From NCBI GenBank assembly GCA_049840875.1, contig JASGJE010000011.1:695978-759977 (forward strand): DNA of 64,000 bases, given 5' to 3'. The notes beneath the pieces were generated by a model, which had not been told where the DNA came from, did no database searches, and saw nothing but the letters and a program-made list of their open reading frames with translations. A program made the translations under genes and the position numbers. Source of the DNA: Chitinophagaceae bacterium. Lineage in GTDB: Bacteria > Bacteroidota > Bacteroidia > Chitinophagales > Chitinophagaceae. This document shows positions 20,440 to 27,976 of this stretch, in pieces. The number at the start of each line of letters is the position of its first letter. The first letter of the stretch is position 1.

Positions 20440-22413
20440 TTATTTGTGTTTTCTTATCGATACGTCTTCATCTTCGATAGCGCCGTTGTCATTTGCCGCA
20501 AGAGACTGAGCAGATTCTACCAGTCGTATAAATTCTGAACGATACCCTTCTTCATCATTTCCTTTTGCTTTCCGCGCCAGGTTTAGCACGCCACTGAACG
20601 AAGAATTGGATTTAAATTCTGAATTTCTTAACAACATGCCAAACTGCGCCACAGCAGCAGCAAACCGGAAGTTGTCAGACGTTTTCGCGATGTTAATCTG
20701 ATCGTCATTTACCGGATGTTCAAGCAAACGGCTTGTTTCTCCGTCCGGTTGTTTATAACGCAACTTAATATTCATCATTTCGCCATTATGGTTCGTACTT
20801 GCCACCTGTTTACTATCATCCTTTTGATATTTCAACTTATCAACTGATTCAAGCAAATCAGTTTTTACTCCAACAGGAATTACCTCGTACAATGCGGTAA
20901 CGGTATGACCACTACCCATATCACCAGCGTCTTTTTTATCATTATTAAAATCCTCTTTGTTCAGCATTCTGTTCTCATAACCAATCAGTCTGTATCCTTG
21001 CACTTTTGCCGGGTTAAACTCAATCTGAAGTTTCACATCTTTTGCAATCGTAAACATGGTGCCGCCAAATTCATTGACTAAAACTTTTTTCGCTTCTGTA
21101 ATACCGTCAATGTAAGCGTGGTTACCATTTCCTTTGTCAGCTAATTTTTGCATTTTACTATCTTGGTAGTTTCCCATACCATATCCAAGTACAGTGAGAA
21201 AAACGCCGCTTTTTCTTTCTTTCTCAATCAATCGCTCCATATCATCATCGCTGCTGGCACCAACATTAAAATCGCCGTCAGTACAAAGTATCACACGGTT
21301 GTTTCCTTCTTTTACAAAATTTTCTTTCGCTGTTTTGTAAGCCAGCATAATCCCTTCGCCGCCTGCGGTAGAACCGCCAGCTTCTAATTTATCGATGGCA
21401 TCTTTGATTTTTGTTTTCTCATTGCCATGTGTTGATGGTAAAACAAGACCTGCATTACCGGCATATACAACAATTGCGACGTGATCTTTCTCTCTCAATT
21501 GATCTGTCAGCATTTTCATAGACGCTTTTACCAATGGCAGTTTCTGCGGATCGATCATTGAACCGGATACATCGATTAAGAACACCATATTGGATGCGGG
21601 TAAATTTTCTGTTGGTATTTTCTTTCCCTGTAAACCAACCAACACAAGCCTATTGTCTTTATTCCATGGGCAATCTGATATTTCTGTATTTACAGAAAAT
21701 GGTTCACCATCTTTCGGCGTAGAATAATCGTAATGAAAATAATTGATCATTTCTTCGATACGTACAGCACCTGCAGGCGGCAACTGACCAGCGTTCAGAA
21801 AACGGCGCACATTGCTATAAGAAGCAGCATCGACATCGATAGAAAAAGTAGAAAGAGGATTATCTGAAACTTTCAGAAACCGGTTTTCAGTGATGTTGTC
21901 GTAACCTTCTGTATTGAAATCCTGGTATTGTGTATCATTGGATTGTTGCGTGTAATTCAACGTAGATATTCCACGCAATCTAATAGTACTTTGTGAACCA
22001 GGAGTAATGTTTACTCCAGAAACTTTCCCAGCTAAAGGAGAACTTTTTTTAAAATATCCTGACACTGCATCATCTTTTATGCCCAATGCCGTTACCACAA
22101 CCTCCTCTAAATTCTGCGACATCATTTTTAAAGTCACATCGACAACTGCACGTCCTTTAATTTTTTCTTTTTTATTCTCATACCCTACATAAGAGAAAAT
22201 CAATTCGTCTTTATCATTGCCGGCTTCGATGCTGTAGGTTCCGTCAGCACCCGTTGACGTAACTACTGAACTACTTTTTACTTTTACTGAAACTCCCGTT
22301 AAGGGATTGCCCTGTTCATCTTTAACCTTCCCCGTTACGTGAAATGAAGCAACAGGGCTAAATGCCCATACACAAATAAATACAGGCACCAATAGCAACA
22401 ATATTTTTTTCAT
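20440..22413 (-). CDS. YfbK-like von Willebrand factor type A domain protein with an N-terminal CarboxypepD_reg domain and a C-terminal DUF3520-like region
   Basis: Signal peptide; VWA MIDAS motif (FLIDVSGSM); length and architecture resemble E. coli YfbK. Confidence 0.7.
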   Translation of the reverse strand: MKKILLLLVPVFICVWAFSPVASFHVTGKVKDEQGNPLTGVSVKVKSSSVVTSTGADGTYSIEAGNDKDELIFSYVGYENKKEKIKGRAVVDVTLKMMSQNLEEVVVTALGIKDDAVSGYFKKSSPLAGKVSGVNITPGSQSTIRLRGISTLNYTQQSNDTQYQDFNTEGYDNITENRFLKVSDNPLSTFSIDVDAASYSNVRRFLNAGQLPPAGAVRIEEMINYFHYDYSTPKDGEPFSVNTEISDCPWNKDNRLVLVGLQGKKIPTENLPASNMVFLIDVSGSMIDPQKLPLVKASMKMLTDQLREKDHVAIVVYAGNAGLVLPSTHGNEKTKIKDAIDKLEAGGSTAGGEGIMLAYKTAKENFVKEGNNRVILCTDGDFNVGASSDDDMERLIEKERKSGVFLTVLGYGMGNYQDSKMQKLADKGNGNHAYIDGITEAKKVLVNEFGGTMFTIAKDVKLQIEFNPAKVQGYRLIGYENRMLNKEDFNNDKKDAGDMGSGHTVTALYEVIPVGVKTDLLESVDKLKYQKDDSKQVASTNHNGEMMNIKLRYKQPDGETSRLLEHPVNDDQINIAKTSDNFRFAAAVAQFGMLLRNSEFKSNSSFSGVLNLARKAKGNDEEGYRSEFIRLVESAQSLAANDNGAIEDEDVSIRKHK

Positions 22414-22492
22414 AATTTCTATTTTTATCAGGATGCTGGTGTTTTAAGAATTACACAAGGCTGCATAAAATTTTTATTCATTATTTTTATCC

Positions 22493-23059
22493 GTGCCATT
22501 TCTGACCAATACAAACAAGTCATCTTTACCAGATAATGAGCTGGTGGATTTGTATAAAAAGTCCTCCGGGTTGGATGTATTGGGCGAATTATACCGGCGC
22601 TACATGGACCTGGTCTATGGCGTTTGCCTGAAGTACCTCAAAGACAGTGAAAGATCGAAAGATGCCGTGATGCAGATTTTCGAAGAGCTGATCGTAAAAG
22701 TAAAAAAGCACGAGATTGAAAACTTCAAGGGCTGGTTGTACCAACTCGCTAAGAATCACTGCCTGATGCAATTAAGGTCACCAAGAAATTTGAAAACTGT
22801 AGAAATCAGTTCCGACCTTATGCAAAATGAAGAAAACACGCATCTGAATGGCATATTGGAAAAAGAAGAAAATTTGCAAAAGATGGAACATTGTTTGAAG
22901 ACTTTAGTGAGCGATCAGCAAATGGTCATTCGCCTGTTTTACCTGGAAGGAAAATGCTATAACGAAATAGTGGAAGCAACAGGTTTCGCCTGGAATGATG
23001 TAAGAAGCTTTATCCAGAATGGAAGAAGAAACTTAAAAATTTGTATGGAGAAACACTAG
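22493..23059 (+). CDS. ECF-type RNA polymerase sigma-70 family factor
   Basis: Sigma-70 region 2 (LVDLYKK...YMDLVYGVCLKYLKD) and a region 4 HTH (CYNEIVEATGFAWNDVRSFIQNGRRNL). GTG start. Confidence 0.75.
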   Translation: MPFLTNTNKSSLPDNELVDLYKKSSGLDVLGELYRRYMDLVYGVCLKYLKDSERSKDAVMQIFEELIVKVKKHEIENFKGWLYQLAKNHCLMQLRSPRNLKTVEISSDLMQNEENTHLNGILEKEENLQKMEHCLKTLVSDQQMVIRLFYLEGKCYNEIVEATGFAWNDVRSFIQNGRRNLKICMEKH

Positions 23060-23122
23060 TAAATGCTAATAGTTACGCCAATGAGCGCCAATAAGGATTT
23101 AAAGATTGCACGTTCATTTTGT

Positions 23123-23298
23123 TTGACACATTGACCATTGACGACTCAATGTCGTTTACTTAACGGTTGAGTTGAGAATGGCTTCAAAAGGTTGTCAACC
23201 TTATTTGAGCTGGTTTAACTTTAAAATATTTACTAAGGTTGACAACCTTAGTCGGTTTCGCCCTAAGTAAACGACATGATTGACAATTGACCATTGAC
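23123..23298. promoter_or_regulatory. Nested inverted/direct repeat structure between the sigma and anti-sigma genes. The outer IR is TCAATGTCGTTTACTTAA / TTAAGTAAACGACATGATTGA; the direct repeat ATTGACCATTGAC occurs twice; the inner palindromes are AAGGTTGTCAACCTT / AAGGTTGACAACCTT
   Basis: Read directly; function unknown (operator, attenuator or small inserted element). Confidence 0.5.
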
Positions 23299-23305
23299 TT
23301 ATAAA

Positions 23306-24691
23306 ATGTCTGACAAAAAAACGATAGCTTATTCTGCAGCTGACATCGAGCGGTATCAAAAGGGCCTGATGTCATCAAAGGAAATGCATGCGCTTGAAAA
23401 AGCAGCATTGGACGATCCTTTTCTTGCCGATGCTCTTGAAGGTTATACTGATGTGCCTGTCAACACAACTACAGATCTCGCACTGCTGAATAAAAAGCTG
23501 GATCAAAGGATAGCGACTGAAGAACGAAAGATTATTCCTTTGCACAAATCGAATTTTGGCTGGCTTAGAATTGCGGCGTTATTTATCATCATTATTGGTG
23601 CAGGATTGTTAACCTATAACTATGTTCTTTCTCCTAAAAAAAGAGAAGCAGCGAGTTTGAATAAGTCAGATACACTTTCAAATAAAACAGTAAACTCCTC
23701 ACAACAACCCGTTGCCGATAAGTCAAGCGATACAATGAAACAAACAGAAGAGACAACGGAATCGCCTGTTACTGCTACCAAGCAAGAAAAAGAGCCTGTT
23801 ATCACTAAAACCAAAAAAACAGAGACCGTAGATTTAAGTGTTCCTCAAAAACAATTTAATTCTGCACCGGCTTCAGAAGGCAGAGCTAAAGATGTAGCGA
23901 TTAATGATGACAATGAAATTGCAAAAGTCAAAGCCGATACAATAAGTAATCTTGAAACTGCACAATCAAAAAAAAGTGGTTATGAAATAGAGTATAAATA
24001 TCAAAACAGTAAAGATTTAGCACGAGACACACGAGACAAAAGTGCATTGGTTCGAAAATCTAATTCAGTAAGCGAGCCTCTTGAACAAAAATCTTTTGCC
24101 AAAACCAAAATCAATTATTTCCGTGGCCAGGTATTAGACGCAAATAATTCACCCTTGCCATTTGCGAATGTTATGATCTTGCCGGATCATATCGGAACGT
24201 ATACCGACGCAAAAGGAAATTTTGTGTTGATATCGCCCGATTCCACGTTGGATGTTCGTGTTCGTTCAGTTGGTTTTGAAAATGATACAGCGAAATTATT
24301 TGTCGGCGCTTCTGCAAATACGATTGTACTGAACAACGATACCAAAAATATTCCATCGACAGTATTGGCTGGAAAAAAATCGTTTGCTGTGAGAAAGCCT
24401 GGTGATAACATGACTGTGGAAGAGCCTGAACCCGCTGATGGTTGGGCAAACTATGATACATACCTGTTAAACAATATCGAAATCAGCGAGGAAATAAAAA
24501 AGAAAACAACACCGTCCACCGAAGTGGAACTTTCTTTTGATGTAAACGATCTTGGCGAGCCCGTGAATGTGAAAGTAGAAAAATCAGCTTGCAAAGAATG
24601 CGATGCTGAAGCAATTCGTCTATTAAAAGAAGGGCCGAAATGGAAAAATTTAAAGACAAATAAAAGAGGGAAATTATCGTTTACTTTCTGA
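23306..24691 (+). CDS. Putative anti-sigma factor: N-terminal cytoplasmic domain, one TM helix, a low-complexity linker, a CarboxypepD_reg-like domain and a TonB-C-like C-terminus
   Basis: Immediately downstream of the ECF sigma. TM WLRIAALFIIIIGAGLL. The C-terminal ...VELSFDVNDLGEPVNVKVEKS...EAIRLLKEGPKWK is TonB_C-like. The ORF track starts at TTG 23294; the ATG is at 23306. Confidence 0.55.
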   Translation: MSDKKTIAYSAADIERYQKGLMSSKEMHALEKAALDDPFLADALEGYTDVPVNTTTDLALLNKKLDQRIATEERKIIPLHKSNFGWLRIAALFIIIIGAGLLTYNYVLSPKKREAASLNKSDTLSNKTVNSSQQPVADKSSDTMKQTEETTESPVTATKQEKEPVITKTKKTETVDLSVPQKQFNSAPASEGRAKDVAINDDNEIAKVKADTISNLETAQSKKSGYEIEYKYQNSKDLARDTRDKSALVRKSNSVSEPLEQKSFAKTKINYFRGQVLDANNSPLPFANVMILPDHIGTYTDAKGNFVLISPDSTLDVRVRSVGFENDTAKLFVGASANTIVLNNDTKNIPSTVLAGKKSFAVRKPGDNMTVEEPEPADGWANYDTYLLNNIEISEEIKKKTTPSTEVELSFDVNDLGEPVNVKVEKSACKECDAEAIRLLKEGPKWKNLKTNKRGKLSFTF

Positions 24692-24883
24692 CAATTTTTA
24701 TGTCGGATGTATGATCTCTGATTTATGATTTGATCAAACCTGTAATTCTCGTTGCGTCTCGAGTTACCTTAAGCACACACCCTTCATGTGACAAAAGCTT
24801 TTTTCTGATGTCGAAAATCCGACATCATACATCAGGAAATCAGACATCAAAAGTTTTACCTTTGCGTTCTAAAAACCACAAAC

Positions 24884-25720
24884 ATGCTGAAGAAAACCCT
24901 CATTGCTGCAGCTATACTATGCAGCTCGCTTGCCTTATTTGCACAAACCATCGAAACCCCGCAACCAAGCCCGACCCAAAGCATTAAACAAAATTTCGGT
25001 CTTTCGTCCATCACGCTTGTCTATTCAAGACCTGGTATTAAAGGAAGAAAAGTTTTTGGCGACCTTGTTCCTTTTGGAAAAGTATGGCGCACCGGCGCCA
25101 ACAGCGCCACTACTATTGAATTTGGCGATGATGTAACTATCGGCGGCACGAAAATTCAAAAAGGAGAATATGGCCTTATCACGATTCCAGACAAAGACGT
25201 ATGGACAGTGATCATTACAAAACAACTTGACATTACTTCGCCCTCTGCTTACAAACCCGAAAATGATCTTGTGCGCACAACTGTAAAGCCAGCCGCTTTG
25301 AAAGATGTTGTAGAATCATTTACAATGCAATTTGCCAATGTAAAACCTACAAGTTGCGAACTACAGATGATGTGGGAAAATACAATCGTTGCATTACCTA
25401 TCACAACGGATGTTGATAGCAAAGTAAGCGCAAGAATAAAGGAAGTAATGAGCAGCGATAGCCGTCCCTATTTCCAGGCTGCTGTTTATTATCTCGAAAA
25501 TGGGAAAGATCTGAACCAGGCATTGTCATGGTTTGATGAAGCGGTGAAACAACAACCCGATGCTTATTGGGTTCATTTGCAGAGAGCAAATTGCCTTGCA
25601 AAACTGGGCAAGAAAGAAGAAGCAAAAGCAGCATCGCAAAAATCAAAAGAGCTTGCAATTAAAGCAGGTAATGATGACTATGTGCGATTGAATGATAAGT
25701 TGATGGCACAACTCAAATGA
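24884..25720 (+). CDS. DUF2911-domain secreted protein with a C-terminal TPR-like region
   Basis: Signal peptide; VYSRPGIKGRKVFGDLVPFGKVWRTGANSATTIEF is characteristic of DUF2911. Confidence 0.65.
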   Translation: MLKKTLIAAAILCSSLALFAQTIETPQPSPTQSIKQNFGLSSITLVYSRPGIKGRKVFGDLVPFGKVWRTGANSATTIEFGDDVTIGGTKIQKGEYGLITIPDKDVWTVIITKQLDITSPSAYKPENDLVRTTVKPAALKDVVESFTMQFANVKPTSCELQMMWENTIVALPITTDVDSKVSARIKEVMSSDSRPYFQAAVYYLENGKDLNQALSWFDEAVKQQPDAYWVHLQRANCLAKLGKKEEAKAASQKSKELAIKAGNDDYVRLNDKLMAQLK

Positions 25721-25807
25721 TTTATGATGTTGGATGTACGATGTCAGATTTAGGAAACGTCTCAAATGATTGGTTATATTCAAGAAGAACAAATCATAAA
25801 TCCTACA

Positions 25808-27541
25808 TCAGGCATCAGACATTTTCGCTCTCGATTTTCCAAAAATAGATTGAAATAACAGTGAGAAGAAAATCACGGCGCTTACACCGATTGGATTCAG
25901 CCAAAGAAAACCTAATCGCTTTTTTGCAATAATAAATACAAGCAAAACGATTAATTCAGCAAACACGGCCGCCCAAAAGACGGCCGTGCTGCTTTTTATA
26001 TTTTTAAAGAAGAAGGCAACAAGAAAAACGCCCAGTATCACACCATAGAATAAGTACCCCAATACATTCACCGCTTCTATAAGGCTGTTACCAATATTGT
26101 AAGTAAACATCGCGACGATAATACAGAACACTCCCCATATCAATGTATATCGTTTGGAAAGAAAGTATTCTTTATCCGGTGATAAATTAGTTTTTGTAAT
26201 CTTCCTGTGAAAATCTATCATAGAGCAGGAAGCTAATGAATTGATCGCCGCGGCTATACTTCCCCATGATGCAAGAAAAATAATTGCTATCAGCAGGCCG
26301 ACAAGGCCTGCCGGTAAATAATCTAAAACAAAACGAAGAAAAATATAGTTGGTATCATTGCTATCGCCTTTTACTTCATTTGATCCAATCCAGGTTTTTA
26401 CTTTTTTACGGATACTATCTGATTGCTGTTGTAGCTCCGTTAGTTCTTTTGTTTTCTGTCTCAACTCACCGTCGGATCCATTGTGTAATGTTTGTACAAA
26501 CGAATTAACAGTCACTTCTTTTTTTGCCGCGAGATTTTGATAATCACGCTGCGCAAGGTGAAATGAATCGCTTAACGAAGATTTTTCAATTTTTGCCACC
26601 TGCGTTTCATTAAAAAATACGGGAGCTTTATTAAACAGGTAGAATGTAAATAATAAACCACCGACTAAAAGGATAAGGAATTGCATCGGCACTTTTACCA
26701 ATCCATTCATCAGTAATCCCACGCGGCTTTCAGCCATAGTCTTTGCGGTGAGATAACGGCCAACCTGTGATTGATCGGCACCGAAATATGAAAGCGATAA
26801 AAAGAATCCCCCTATTAATCCGCTGAAAATATTGTATTGATCACTCCAGTTAAAACCATCTTTTGTAAAACCTGTTGTAATTACATTCAGCCGGCTAAGC
26901 TTTCCGCTCACATGCAATGCATCCGTGAAACCAACTCCCTTAGGCAACATATGCACGATCATATAACCTGCGAGAAACATTCCGACGAAAATGATGATCA
27001 GCTGTAACTGTTGCGTGTAAGCAACTGCCTTTGCGCCACCACTCATTGTATAAATGATCAACAGGCCACCCATAAAAACATTCGTCCAGTAAATATTCCA
27101 ACCTAATAAAGATGAAAGAATAATTGATGGGGCAAATACACTGATGCCTGTAGACAAACCGCGCTGCAATAAAAACAAAAACGAAATCAGCATTCTTGTT
27201 TTGCCATCGAAGCGATTCTCTAAATATTCATAGGCGGTATAAACTTTCAACCGGCTGAAGATGGGAACAAAAAATGCGCTGATAACAATCATTGCTATCG
27301 GTAAACCAAAATAATATTGCACGAAACGCATTCCATCGGTATATGCTTGTCCGGGAGCTGAAATAAATGTAACCGCACTGGCCTGTGTGCCGATAATACT
27401 TAACAATATTAATCCCCATGACATGCTTCGGTTGGAAAGGAAATAGCCATCCAGATTTCGGGATGTACGGCTTTTGTAAAGGCCATACAACACGATACCT
27501 GAAAGAGCGATGACAAGCACTATCCAATCAAGGGTAGTCAT
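25808..27541 (-). CDS. Sodium:solute symporter (SSF) family transporter with a ~100-aa cytoplasmic coiled-coil insertion
   Basis: Multiple TM helices and SSF-like topology. A charged helical insert (ETQVAKIEKSSLSDS...ELTELQQQSDSIRKKVK) sits between TM blocks. Confidence 0.75.
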   Translation of the reverse strand: MTTLDWIVLVIALSGIVLYGLYKSRTSRNLDGYFLSNRSMSWGLILLSIIGTQASAVTFISAPGQAYTDGMRFVQYYFGLPIAMIVISAFFVPIFSRLKVYTAYEYLENRFDGKTRMLISFLFLLQRGLSTGISVFAPSIILSSLLGWNIYWTNVFMGGLLIIYTMSGGAKAVAYTQQLQLIIIFVGMFLAGYMIVHMLPKGVGFTDALHVSGKLSRLNVITTGFTKDGFNWSDQYNIFSGLIGGFFLSLSYFGADQSQVGRYLTAKTMAESRVGLLMNGLVKVPMQFLILLVGGLLFTFYLFNKAPVFFNETQVAKIEKSSLSDSFHLAQRDYQNLAAKKEVTVNSFVQTLHNGSDGELRQKTKELTELQQQSDSIRKKVKTWIGSNEVKGDSNDTNYIFLRFVLDYLPAGLVGLLIAIIFLASWGSIAAAINSLASCSMIDFHRKITKTNLSPDKEYFLSKRYTLIWGVFCIIVAMFTYNIGNSLIEAVNVLGYLFYGVILGVFLVAFFFKNIKSSTAVFWAAVFAELIVLLVFIIAKKRLGFLWLNPIGVSAVIFFSLLFQSIFGKSRAKMSDA

Positions 27542-27665
27542 GAAAATCGTTTAGTAAAAAAATAAAAAAGAATAATTAATATAATGAGAAAGCTAACCAG
27601 GAAAATGTACCATTGGCTCCATTTTTTAAAAAAGGGGATTTTATCATTTTCCTGGTTGGTCATGA

Positions 27666-27824
27666 TTATTTTCTTTTAATCAACATCACTGCAACAAGAC
27701 CAAGCACGACACCGATCAACAAACCTATTCTTACTCTTTTGATAAATAAACCAATGGCTAATCCTAAAACAATCGCTACGATACCCGCTATATTTCTTCT
27801 TGATGCTTCGTCTTTTGAGCTCAT
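27666..27824 (-). CDS. Small 52-aa two-TM membrane protein immediately upstream of the SSF transporter (possible symporter small subunit, DUF4212/DUF485-like)
   Basis: Hand translation: MSSKDEASRRNIAGIVAIVLGLAIGLFIKRVRIGLLIGVVLGLVAVMLIKRK. Below the ORF-track size cutoff; the opposite-strand 83-aa ORF looks spurious. Confidence 0.4.
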   Translation of the reverse strand: MSSKDEASRRNIAGIVAIVLGLAIGLFIKRVRIGLLIGVVLGLVAVMLIKRK

Positions 27825-27976
27825 ATTGCGCAAACTTAATGTTATGGTTACAAAAAAAATATAAAACTATGTGAAAGGTAATTTTTTGAAATAGGATGGT
27901 TTAATTGTTCGATTGTTAAAATGTTTTAGACATGACTTATTGCAACAATATAGCCATAAAACAATTAAACCATAAT

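Noticed and set aside
23184-23408. 74-aa minus-strand ORF spanning the sigma/anti-sigma intergenic region
   Set aside because: It covers the palindromic regulatory region and the start of the anti-sigma gene in antisense; no support.
27613-27864. 83-aa plus-strand ORF from the track
   Set aside because: Low-complexity translation with no membrane or domain features. The minus-strand 52-aa two-TM ORF in the same place is more plausible and co-oriented with the SSF gene.
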